DNA of 64,000 nucleotides, taken from NCBI GenBank assembly GCA_014879445.1, contig JACSSC010000018.1, positions 64,706-128,705 of the forward strand, in the 5' to 3' direction. Both the position numbers and the translations under genes were made by a program. The notes below the pieces were generated by a model, which had not been told where the DNA came from, made no database searches, and saw only the letters and a list, made by a program, of their open reading frames with translations. Shown here in pieces: positions 51,343-60,663 of the stretch; positions within the stretch are counted from its first letter, which is position 1; each line of letters begins with the position of its first letter. The stretch is from Candidatus Competibacteraceae bacterium. Its GTDB lineage: Bacteria; Bacteroidota; Bacteroidia; CAIKAF01.

Positions 51343-54300
51343 ATGAATTGGAAGTTTACCCTAAAAACAGCATTGATTTTATGCCTGTCTGCAACATCCC
51401 TTTTTTCACAAAACGTAAATTTTGAAGTTCAGCTCCGTTATTTGGGGTGGGACGGACGTGGCGACCAAAGTGGAGGTCCAGAATATACTTGGTATGCTTG
51501 GGCACGCGATAATGCCGATCCAAGTGAAACAGGTGGTACTTGTTATTACTCTGGTGACAATTTTCCAGGTGGAGGTAGCAATGGATTTGTTTCTTGTGCG
51601 CCTAACGGATTTCTTTTTGGATTAGGCACAACACTACGCACCAAAACGAACTCATCTGCCACTACAATTCTTATTCGCACCGATGCATGGGAAAAAGATT
51701 GTGCCAACAACTGTGTGTTTCAGTCCTCTTGTGGAGGTGGATTTCTTGAAGATGATGATAGGGCACAGTGTAATTCGTACGCAGTGAACTTTCGTGGTGC
51801 AGGAAGTCCCCCATGCCAATGGAATGATTATGGTGTTTTTCAATGTGGCACATTTTACTATGCTATTCGTGTACGCTGGACCTGGGCAAGCCCACCTACC
51901 ATTACTACACAACCTACCGCAGGTGGTGCCGACAGAACACTTTGTATCGGCACCCCAACCTCTCTCTCAGTTGCCGTAAACTCTGTAAATAGTCAAACAA
52001 CAGGATTGCATTATCAGTGGCAGTTTCATACTTCGACAGCCAATCCGGTTCCAACTACCAATTGCCCATCTTCTGGATGGACAGATATAGCGGGTGCTAC
52101 TTCTGCCAACTATACGCCTCCTCAAACAGCAGGAACGCGTCTTTATAGATGTTTAGTTTCATCCAACTGTACACCCGATTTTTCTATAGCTTCTTTGGTT
52201 ACTGCGTCTGAGTGTGTCAGGGTAACGTATCATCCATATTCTCCGCCTATTCAAAGTGCTATCTGTAATAGCTCCGCTGTGGCCAATACGCCTTATATGT
52301 TTTCTGCATTACTGCCGCCTGGAGCAGATGCCAGCGTGAATGAATCTGGATTTATTTGGACTGTTACCCCATCAGCGGGTGTAGTAATAAGTAACCCAAC
52401 CGCATCTTCAACAAGTATTACATTCCCTGGCAATGGAGCATATACCATAACACTTACAACTCAGGATGCTTGTGCCGCAGCTGATGCTACATCTACATGT
52501 AGTGTAGCTATTGCCGATAATGCATGTGATTTGATATATGTCGCACCTTTTCCTGTCGGCAATGATGCCAATCTGGGATATATCAATGCGCCTGTTGCTA
52601 CGCTATACAGAGCGCTTCAATTGGCCTCTGGCACTCGAACTATTATTCGTATGCAGGCCGGTACTTACACAGAAGTGAATATCGCTAATATGAAAGCCAA
52701 CGTGGTTGTGGACGGCGGATACAATGCCTCTTGGGTAAAATCTAGCGCTATCGGACAAACGACGATAAATTTTGGAAATACCTGTTATGAGAGTATTAGC
52801 AACGACATTCAACATGTGGTAGGCATCAAAGCCGACAACGTAAACAACTGGACATTACAAGATTTGACTATTAACATAGCAGCCACAACAGGAACAACAC
52901 CCAGTGGTAATGGCCGTTCTAATTACGGCTTATTGGTTAGAAATTCAACTGGATATAGTGTAGTGCGTTGTTCTATCAATTCAGGCAATGCAACGGCTGG
53001 TTCAAATGGCGTAAATGGCAGTAACGGGAATGCCGGTTCAGGTGGTGGGAATGGAACAAGGGGAAACTCAACGGTTCCTTTTCTTTGTGGGAATGATTCG
53101 TACGGAACAGGGGGGGGTGGCGGTGCTGCCGGTACAGGAGGAGCAAATGCGCCTGTTATTGGTGGTAGTGCAGGGAATGGTGGTGCCGGAGGGAGTGGCG
53201 GAGTTGGTGGCGACGATGATGGCGGTGATGGTTCATGTGATAATACCCCTTCGCAACCGGGTATTGTTGGATCGGCATCTCCGGCAGCTTGCTCAACCCC
53301 TGGTGGTTCGGCGGGTGCAAAAGGAGCTTGTGATAACAATAATGGCCCAACGCCTTATGGGGGCGCAGGAGGGTATGGCACACACGGTACTGCCGGTGCC
53401 AATGGAACAACGATAGCTGCCAGTTATACATCCGGATATTATTTACCTTCTTATGGAACAAATGGTACTGCCGGCTGCGGTGGCGGTGGCGGTGGCGGTG
53501 GCGGTGGCGCCGATAAAGATTATGACGGATGCGATGGTACCGGCGGCGGCGGTGGCGGTGGCGGCGGCGGCGGCGGCGGCGGCGGTGCCGGATCTGGTGC
53601 TCGTGGTGGGGGTTCTACTTTTGCTGTATTCAATTTTAATTCTTCAGGAAATTTAGCCGACTGTTTGCTCAATACCGGTAATGCCGGTAACGGCGGAACA
53701 GGTGGAACAGGCGGAACGGGTGGTGCCGGCGGTGCTGGTGGTGTTGGAGGAGGTCGTACTAATGGTACATACAGTAATCCACCCTTCCCATATACTGCTT
53801 TTCCCGGTAGTCCTTTTGGTGCGCCATGTCAGAATGGAGATCCTGACTGTAATGCCGGAGGTATGGGTGGACCAGGGGGTAATGGCGGTGCCGGAGGTGC
53901 CGGTGGAGCCGGCGGAAATGGCGTGCGCTATGCTATTGGCAGTCGCGATGGGTTGGGTAATGCCATCACTTCTCAACCCACTATGACAGGATTTGCACTT
54001 ACCATTAATAGCTCTGTAAATGGAGGTGCTACACCCAATACACTTACTATTACAACCGATTATGTGGGGTTGGGCAAAGGTTGCACCAATTCACAAATTG
54101 AAATTACACGTAATGGTGCAGGCAACTGGACTTTGCCAGGTGGTGCCGGCTACGTTAATAATGTGAATAATACTACATCTACATATAATAATACAACTTC
54201 TCCGGCAAGAATCTACTATACCAATACAGGGGTATTTGATGTAAACGCTGGAGGAACCTTATACCGTGGAGAACATAGAATTTATACATCACGCCCGGCT

Positions 54301-56853
54301 CCTGTTATTACAGTAAGCGATGATACCATTTGTTCGGGAGCGGCTGTTACTATTTTCCACACCAATCCATTTGGCAATGAAGTGGATTATGACTGGCGAA
54401 TATTTACAACCAGCGCTGAAACACCTTTACAAACAAGCAATTTGGCATCGCCAAGCTTTACGCTCACAGCGGCCAGCCCTACGGTTTATAGAATCTATTT
54501 TTCTGTGAAGGAACAATGTTGCGGATGGTCCATCCCGGCTTATGCCGAAGTGGTAGTTAATCCGCCAGCCAATGTGCCAACTACTCCTTCTGGCCTTACT
54601 ATTCTTTGTCAAGGAGCTACGCCAACTAACTATACAACTTCTGCCGACCCCAATGCGTTAGGGTTTGTTTGGTCTGTTACTTCGCCCAATGCCGCTAGTG
54701 GTTCTGGCACAACAGGCACGATAACCTGGGATCCTGGATTTGAGGGAGGCGCACAGGTTTGTGTGCAGGCCATCGGTTGTAATGGACTAACGGCACCTGC
54801 TTGTCTTGATGTGAATGTTAGTAAAAATGTTTCAACACCCACTATTCTTTCTGGCCCATCTGATGGATGCATCGGCGGAGGTATTGATACCGTTATTGCC
54901 TTTTCTTCAAATGCTACAGGATACACTTGGAACATTTCCGGAGTGGGCAACTCGATAACCAATATTGGTATTGGAGACACAGCTATTGTAAGCTGGGGAG
55001 CAACTTATACCGGTACTGCATTGATATGTGTTTCGGCCAATGGATGTAATGGGCCAAGTCCACAGGCCTGTATTTCTACAAATATCTTAGATGCTGTTGC
55101 TAGTCCAACCACTCCTTCAGGTATTCTGAGTCGCTGTCAGGGTGCTGGAACGGATGTATATATTAGTTCAGCTACCAACGCTTCTGCTTTCCAATGGACA
55201 ATTTCTGGATCCGGCAATGCTATCATAGATACTACATTTACTGGTTCAACCACTGTTACATGGGATGCCAATTTTGCAGGTACTGCACAGGTTTGTGTCT
55301 CTGCGCTTGGCTGTGCGGGTCCTACGAGTTGGGTTTGTCAGGATGTGGTAGTAGTGAGCACGGTACAAACACCTAGCATACCTGCAGGGACCATCGTTAG
55401 ATGTATAGGTGCCGGAAGTGATACGTATATCACCTCAGCCATTGGAGCAAGCAGCTATGTTTGGAGCATAAGTCCTCCTGCTGCCGGCACAATTTCGCCT
55501 ACCGGTGATGTAACATGGTCGCCTATTTGGTCGGGCATTGCTACTATATCGGTTTTTGCAAATGGTTGTAATGGACCAAGTGCATCTGCTTCAGTAGATG
55601 TTGAAACCATTACTACCCAACCGCTGCCTGTAGCCCCTTCAGGAACGCTTCAGCGTTGTCAGGGCATGGGTGCCGATAATTATAACACATCATCGGCAGG
55701 TGCAACGTCCTTTATTTGGTCGCTTGTTCCATCGAGTGCTGGAACGATTGCCGGCACTACGGATAATATTACGGTAAACTGGGATCCCGCTTTCTCAGGA
55801 ACAGTATCTGTATGTGTTCGTGCAGTAGGTTGCGATACTACCAATCAGGTTTGCACAACGGTTACTGTTGATCCCCAACCGGCACAACCTACCATTACTG
55901 CGAACGGCCCTACTACGTTCTGTCAGGGAGGAAGCGTTATCCTCAATTCAAGTAGTGCAACCAGCAACCAATGGCTGCCAAACGGAGAAACAACAGCATT
56001 TATCACAGCTACGCAAACCGGCGTATATGCTGTAGTCGTGACGGGTGCTAATGGCTGTACCAATGTGTCAGATAATCTATTTGTGAATGTAAGTCCAGGC
56101 CAACTTTCTGCTACCATTAATGGTCCAGATACGGTTTGTGCAGGCGATAACTTTAACCTGACGGCCAATTCTGCCAAAACCTATGAGTGGAATACGGGTG
56201 CATCAACACAAAGTATTCCTCTCAGTATTAGCACGCCATCAAGTTATACCGTCACAATTACTGATGACTACAACTGTATAGCTACGGCTACTCATACTGT
56301 TGCATTATACCCTTGGCCTAATTCTGTTGACGATCAGGAAACAACCAATTTCAATACACCCATTACTTTAAGCGTGTTGCAAAACGATATTGGAACTGGA
56401 ACACTTTCAATCCTGAATCCACCAGTTAACGGCACTGTAGTGATTAATGGCGCTGATATCGTTTATACACCCAATGCAGAATTCAGTGGCACTGATCAGT
56501 TTACATACATCCTCTGTTCTTCACAGTGTATTACACAATGCGATACGGCTACGGTTACAATCATTGTTCGAAACTCACTACTTATTCCTAATGGATTTAG
56601 CCCGAATGGTGATGGCGTAAATGACCTGTTCGAAATTGTGGGCTTAGATAATTTCCCCAATAACGAACTGCTCATTCTAAACAGATGGGGCGATGCTGTT
56701 TATTCGGCGGCTCCGTACAACAACGATTGGGATGGAACAAGTAATACCGGAATTGGTGGTTCGGGTCGCCTTACTGACGGCACTTACTTCTTTGTGTTTA
56801 AAACATCTCCGGATGCCGATGCCATTACCGGTTATATTGAATTAAAACGATAA
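51343..56853 (+). CDS. Giant secreted adhesin-like protein with gliding-motility-associated C-terminal domain (T9SS type B CTD)
   Basis: Signal peptide and a Cys-rich N-terminal domain. A central ~300-aa Gly-rich region, six or more tandem ~95-aa Ig-like repeats, and a C-terminal 'PNGFSPNGDGVNDLFEIVGLDNFPNNELLILNRWGDAVY...' match the type B sorting domain. Confidence 0.75.
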   Translation: MNWKFTLKTALILCLSATSLFSQNVNFEVQLRYLGWDGRGDQSGGPEYTWYAWARDNADPSETGGTCYYSGDNFPGGGSNGFVSCAPNGFLFGLGTTLRTKTNSSATTILIRTDAWEKDCANNCVFQSSCGGGFLEDDDRAQCNSYAVNFRGAGSPPCQWNDYGVFQCGTFYYAIRVRWTWASPPTITTQPTAGGADRTLCIGTPTSLSVAVNSVNSQTTGLHYQWQFHTSTANPVPTTNCPSSGWTDIAGATSANYTPPQTAGTRLYRCLVSSNCTPDFSIASLVTASECVRVTYHPYSPPIQSAICNSSAVANTPYMFSALLPPGADASVNESGFIWTVTPSAGVVISNPTASSTSITFPGNGAYTITLTTQDACAAADATSTCSVAIADNACDLIYVAPFPVGNDANLGYINAPVATLYRALQLASGTRTIIRMQAGTYTEVNIANMKANVVVDGGYNASWVKSSAIGQTTINFGNTCYESISNDIQHVVGIKADNVNNWTLQDLTINIAATTGTTPSGNGRSNYGLLVRNSTGYSVVRCSINSGNATAGSNGVNGSNGNAGSGGGNGTRGNSTVPFLCGNDSYGTGGGGGAAGTGGANAPVIGGSAGNGGAGGSGGVGGDDDGGDGSCDNTPSQPGIVGSASPAACSTPGGSAGAKGACDNNNGPTPYGGAGGYGTHGTAGANGTTIAASYTSGYYLPSYGTNGTAGCGGGGGGGGGGADKDYDGCDGTGGGGGGGGGGGGGGGAGSGARGGGSTFAVFNFNSSGNLADCLLNTGNAGNGGTGGTGGTGGAGGAGGVGGGRTNGTYSNPPFPYTAFPGSPFGAPCQNGDPDCNAGGMGGPGGNGGAGGAGGAGGNGVRYAIGSRDGLGNAITSQPTMTGFALTINSSVNGGATPNTLTITTDYVGLGKGCTNSQIEITRNGAGNWTLPGGAGYVNNVNNTTSTYNNTTSPARIYYTNTGVFDVNAGGTLYRGEHRIYTSRPAPVITVSDDTICSGAAVTIFHTNPFGNEVDYDWRIFTTSAETPLQTSNLASPSFTLTAASPTVYRIYFSVKEQCCGWSIPAYAEVVVNPPANVPTTPSGLTILCQGATPTNYTTSADPNALGFVWSVTSPNAASGSGTTGTITWDPGFEGGAQVCVQAIGCNGLTAPACLDVNVSKNVSTPTILSGPSDGCIGGGIDTVIAFSSNATGYTWNISGVGNSITNIGIGDTAIVSWGATYTGTALICVSANGCNGPSPQACISTNILDAVASPTTPSGILSRCQGAGTDVYISSATNASAFQWTISGSGNAIIDTTFTGSTTVTWDANFAGTAQVCVSALGCAGPTSWVCQDVVVVSTVQTPSIPAGTIVRCIGAGSDTYITSAIGASSYVWSISPPAAGTISPTGDVTWSPIWSGIATISVFANGCNGPSASASVDVETITTQPLPVAPSGTLQRCQGMGADNYNTSSAGATSFIWSLVPSSAGTIAGTTDNITVNWDPAFSGTVSVCVRAVGCDTTNQVCTTVTVDPQPAQPTITANGPTTFCQGGSVILNSSSATSNQWLPNGETTAFITATQTGVYAVVVTGANGCTNVSDNLFVNVSPGQLSATINGPDTVCAGDNFNLTANSAKTYEWNTGASTQSIPLSISTPSSYTVTITDDYNCIATATHTVALYPWPNSVDDQETTNFNTPITLSVLQNDIGTGTLSILNPPVNGTVVINGADIVYTPNAEFSGTDQFTYILCSSQCITQCDTATVTIIVRNSLLIPNGFSPNGDGVNDLFEIVGLDNFPNNELLILNRWGDAVYSAAPYNNDWDGTSNTGIGGSGRLTDGTYFFVFKTSPDADAITGYIELKR
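53461..53600 (+). repeat. (GGC/GGT)n trinucleotide simple-sequence tracts encoding poly-Gly
   Basis: Direct reading gives 'ggctgcggtggcggtggcggtggcggtggc' and 'ggcggcggcggtggcggtggcggcggcggcggcggcggcggt', two near-perfect triplet tracts of 10 and 15 Gly codons. Confidence 0.85.
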
Positions 56854-56873
56854 CCCTTTAATCCGACATAATT

Positions 56874-57824
56874 ATGAAAAAGATACTAAATAAATCATGG
56901 ATTGCCGGACTGCTTCTTGCCGGATATACAACTACTTCAATTCAGGCGCAGGACATGCCTCATTTTACAATGTATTTCATTCAGCCCAGCATAATCAATC
57001 CTGCGGCTATGACAACATTTGAAAATATAAATGGGGCATTCTTCTTCAATAAACAAATGTTGGGCTTCGAAAAAAGTCCGATGGTGGGGCTGCTTGATTT
57101 AGGAATTCCGGTTGCTAAAACGAATTTTTATGTAGGATTTCAGGCCAGTCAAGACCGCATAGGGGTAACCACATATTCCATTTTTACTGGCAACTTTGCA
57201 TATCGTATTCGCCTTAATATGAAGCATTATCTTTCGTTTGGCTTAGGCGTTTCGGCTAAACTTACTAATGCCAATTTTACTGAAGCGCCTATCGTAAACC
57301 CCAACGACCCCGTGTTTTACCAAAATGCTGACGCCATTTGGACTCCAGATATTCGTTTGGGTGCCTACTATTTCTCTGATAATGTTTATGTCGGCTTTTC
57401 TGTTGCCAATTTATTTACTAATAGCTTGTTTTTTGGAGGCACATCCCCTTCTGCCGACATCCGTGTTGACCCAAACGACATGCACTTTTATCTAAATGGC
57501 GGTTGGCAAAAAAAGCTGGGTCGTAATTGGAAAATTATGCCATCTGCCTTGATGAGAATAAGCCCTGGAGCCCCTATTCAGTTTGATATTAATGCCATGG
57601 CATTGTTCAAAGAACAATTCGGCTTCGGAATTAACTACCGAACTACAACTACACTAGGAGCAACCATTTATTACCAGCTTAACAAATTTTTGGTATTTGG
57701 ATATTCCGTTAATCTGGGTTTGAAATTCAATGACCAAGCCAACTTTACAGGACACGAAGCGATGATTGCTTTTCGAGTCCGAAACAATAAAAAAATCATT
57801 CCTGTGGATATTCCACGTTTCTAA
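56874..57824 (+). CDS. PorP/SprF-family T9SS outer-membrane protein
   Basis: Signal peptide, ~316-aa beta-barrel-like composition ending in Phe, and a position immediately downstream of the type B CTD gene, the canonical sprB-sprF arrangement. Confidence 0.6.
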   Translation: MKKILNKSWIAGLLLAGYTTTSIQAQDMPHFTMYFIQPSIINPAAMTTFENINGAFFFNKQMLGFEKSPMVGLLDLGIPVAKTNFYVGFQASQDRIGVTTYSIFTGNFAYRIRLNMKHYLSFGLGVSAKLTNANFTEAPIVNPNDPVFYQNADAIWTPDIRLGAYYFSDNVYVGFSVANLFTNSLFFGGTSPSADIRVDPNDMHFYLNGGWQKKLGRNWKIMPSALMRISPGAPIQFDINAMALFKEQFGFGINYRTTTTLGATIYYQLNKFLVFGYSVNLGLKFNDQANFTGHEAMIAFRVRNNKKIIPVDIPRF

Positions 57825-57853
57825 ATTTTTACCCTTATATCTAATTTGATAAT

Positions 57854-59755
57854 ATGAAAAAATTTATTCTTTGTTTAATGATTGCTTTAGGTGGCAACAC
57901 GGCACACAGTCAGGCGTTAGCTATCGAAGAAGCCAATATGTTATTTGATGGCGGTGAATATAAATCAGCCCTTGAATATTTTCAATCTTTGGTTTCTCAA
58001 TCTAAAAAACCCGATACCGACTGGCTTTATAAAATTGGCGAATGTTACCGCAAACTGAAAAATTATTCTAAAGCCGAACAGTATTTTTCTGGACTACTTG
58101 ACAATAAAGATGTGCCTAATGAAATGTATTTATTTTATGGCCACGTGTTGCGTTATCTTGGCAATCAGAAAGACGCATTGGCGATGTATGAAAAGTACAA
58201 CACACTACAACCCGGCCATCCTTCTATTAAAAATTACATGGAAGGTTGTCGCTTTGCTATGCAAAACACCTCTAATAACCCAGATTATGCTGTTGATCAA
58301 ACCAACCTGTCGGTTGATGGACTTCATTTGGGAGCAACCCGATTGAACAATGGCATTGTTTTTTCTAAACCTTCAGCCGTAAGAGATGAAAAAACCAAAG
58401 TCACCTACCAAAATTATCATTTGGTTTTTAGTGAATATGACGGATCTAAATTTACCGAACCTAAGACGCTGGCATCTAATATTCAATCTAACTTTTTTCT
58501 TGGAGGCCCTGCCGCTACTGCTGATGGGAAACTCTTATTTTATTCCAAGAATGATTCAGAGAAGAAGTTTTCTTCCAAAGAAAAATACGGAAAAAACAAT
58601 TTAAGCTCAGCAGGGGTAAATACACTCAATGTGTTCTATTCACACAATCAAAATGGTAATTGGTCCGATCCTATTTCTTTAAATATTAATAGTGCCGAAT
58701 ATAGTTCTACTCATCCCAATATTTCACCCGACGGAAAAAAACTAATTTTTATCAGTAATAAGCAGGGTGGAAAAGGTGGCTATGATTTGTATATGAGTTC
58801 CAAAAGTGGAGAAACATGGTCTTCGCCTGAACCGCTGAACGACTTGAACACGCCAGATGATGAAATGTTTCCCTTTTTGGCCAATGACACTACGTTGTAT
58901 TTTTCATCAACCGGACATATTGGCTTTGGTGGGTCAGACATTTTTGTTTCTATCAAGCGAAATGGAAAATGGAGCAAGCCCCAAAATATGGGTAGAGGCA
59001 TTAATAGCGAAAAAGATGATTTCGGATTAATCGTTTGGGAAGGTAGAAAGGGATTCCTTGCATCCAATCGCAATGCAGAACCGGGCAATGATGACTTCTT
59101 TTCGTTCGAAAAGGTAATTCATTATAAGAAAGGAAAAGGAACTGTAATTGACGAACTTACACTCGCCAAAATGAGTGATGTAACTATTGAGGTATATGAC
59201 GAAGATGGCAATTTGGTTGGTACCGTTGTAACCGATAAAAATGGTAATTACGATTTCAGCCAGTTTGATCCCGATAAAAAATATACCGTAAAGGCAAAGA
59301 AAAAAGGATATAAGGATGTGGAGATTGATGTTGATCCCGCTACAACCGATCTCAATAATCTTAGCATTAAAATGGAACCCATAGTGGAGAAGAATGTGGT
59401 ATTTACCTTCAACGATATCCTATTTGAATATGGCAAAGCTGACCTTATGTCTGCATCCATGGAAATTCTTGACCGCTTGGCCGATTTGTTGGTAAAAAAT
59501 CCTAAGGCAAGTGTTGAGTTAAGTGCACATACCGATTCACGTGGCTCAGATCAGGCCAATGCTACTCTGTCTCAAAAACGTGCCGAGTCATCAGTCAATT
59601 ATTTGATTGGAAAAGGCGTTAAAAAGGAGCAATTAGTTGCAAAAGGATATGGCGAAACTCAATTGAAGAATAAGTGCAAAAATGGAGTAACTTGCTCTGA
59701 AGAAGAACATGCAGTTAACCGCCGTGTCGAAATTAAAGTTCTCGACGTAAAATAA
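57854..59755 (+). CDS. OmpA-family protein with N-terminal TPR and TolB-like (PD40) repeats
   Basis: C-terminal OmpA/MotB domain 'FEYGKADL...SAHTDSRGSDQANATLSQKRAESSVNYL'. The middle region carries 'SP.iS.DGK.L.F.S' PD40-like repeats. Confidence 0.7.
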   Translation: MKKFILCLMIALGGNTAHSQALAIEEANMLFDGGEYKSALEYFQSLVSQSKKPDTDWLYKIGECYRKLKNYSKAEQYFSGLLDNKDVPNEMYLFYGHVLRYLGNQKDALAMYEKYNTLQPGHPSIKNYMEGCRFAMQNTSNNPDYAVDQTNLSVDGLHLGATRLNNGIVFSKPSAVRDEKTKVTYQNYHLVFSEYDGSKFTEPKTLASNIQSNFFLGGPAATADGKLLFYSKNDSEKKFSSKEKYGKNNLSSAGVNTLNVFYSHNQNGNWSDPISLNINSAEYSSTHPNISPDGKKLIFISNKQGGKGGYDLYMSSKSGETWSSPEPLNDLNTPDDEMFPFLANDTTLYFSSTGHIGFGGSDIFVSIKRNGKWSKPQNMGRGINSEKDDFGLIVWEGRKGFLASNRNAEPGNDDFFSFEKVIHYKKGKGTVIDELTLAKMSDVTIEVYDEDGNLVGTVVTDKNGNYDFSQFDPDKKYTVKAKKKGYKDVEIDVDPATTDLNNLSIKMEPIVEKNVVFTFNDILFEYGKADLMSASMEILDRLADLLVKNPKASVELSAHTDSRGSDQANATLSQKRAESSVNYLIGKGVKKEQLVAKGYGETQLKNKCKNGVTCSEEEHAVNRRVEIKVLDVK

Positions 59756-59877
59756 TTCGCACCAACGGAAGCATTTTTTTATTAAGAGTTGTCGAAGGGC
59801 TATTCTCATCCTGATGTAGTTATGTGCAAAAATTTAGCTATTATAGCTGCTTAATTGTACTATTATATTTAATTCGG

Positions 59878-60609
59878 ATGAAAAAAAATATCATTGTAAC
59901 CGGCGCTGCTAAAGGTATTGGTTTGGCCATTACTACTCGACTTGTATCTGATGGATATTTTGTGATTGCTGTTGATATGGACAAAGAGGCCGGCGGCAAG
60001 TTGCAACAATCTTTTGGAGAAAATCTCTTTTTTTATACACTCGATATCAGTTCTGAAATAGATGTTTCTTCGTTCTTTAATCATCTTGATCAAGAATATG
60101 GATCGCTTTATGGTATTGTTAATAATGCCGGCATCATTCGTGATAACATGATTTGGAATATGCCTACAGATGATTTTGATTCGGTAATCCAAATCAATCT
60201 TAAAGGAACATGGATGATGTGTAAAGAAGCGGCTATACGCATGAAAAAACAACAAGAAGGAAGGATTGTAAATATTGCATCACGTGCTTGGCTTGGTAAT
60301 CGTGGACAAAGTAATTATTCAGCATCTAAAGCCGGAGTTGTAGGGCTTACACGTGTGTTGGCTCTAGAACTAGGCAAATACAATGTATTAGCCAATGCCA
60401 TTGCTCCTGGCTTGATAGACACACCCATGACACAAAGTTTAACGCCCGAAGTTCTTCAAAAACTTATTGATGCACAACCTACTCGCAGCATAGGGCACCC
60501 CGACGATATTGCACAGGCCGTTGCATTTCTCCTACATTCGCAAACGCGCTTTATTACAGGTCAAACCCTGTATGTTGACGGTGGAAAAAGCATTGGCGCT
60601 GGTACCTGA
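59878..60609 (+). CDS. SDR-family oxidoreductase (FabG-like 3-oxoacyl reductase)
   Basis: 'TGAAKGIGLAI' Rossmann motif, 'NNAG', and the catalytic 'YSASKAG'. Confidence 0.7.
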   Translation: MKKNIIVTGAAKGIGLAITTRLVSDGYFVIAVDMDKEAGGKLQQSFGENLFFYTLDISSEIDVSSFFNHLDQEYGSLYGIVNNAGIIRDNMIWNMPTDDFDSVIQINLKGTWMMCKEAAIRMKKQQEGRIVNIASRAWLGNRGQSNYSASKAGVVGLTRVLALELGKYNVLANAIAPGLIDTPMTQSLTPEVLQKLIDAQPTRSIGHPDDIAQAVAFLLHSQTRFITGQTLYVDGGKSIGAGT

Positions 60610-60663
60610 GTCGCCTGCTTCAATTTTTCTTATCTTTGATTGATTTTTTTATTCGCAGCAGAC

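Noticed and set aside
52923-53461. Minus-strand ORFs of 138 aa and 101 aa that are Pro-rich and His-rich
   Set aside because: They are reverse-complement reading frames of the (GGN)n Gly-rich coding region of the giant adhesin gene. They have low complexity, no start context, and lie entirely inside a much better-supported plus-strand gene.
53461-53600. Possible CRISPR-like regular repeats
   Set aside because: The periodicity is 3 nt and not ~30 nt, it is entirely coding, and no spacers are present, so it is a trinucleotide microsatellite.
53453-53986. Plus-strand and minus-strand Ala/Val-rich and Thr-rich ORFs inside the adhesin gene
   Set aside because: These are alternative frames of the same simple-sequence region and are compositional artefacts.
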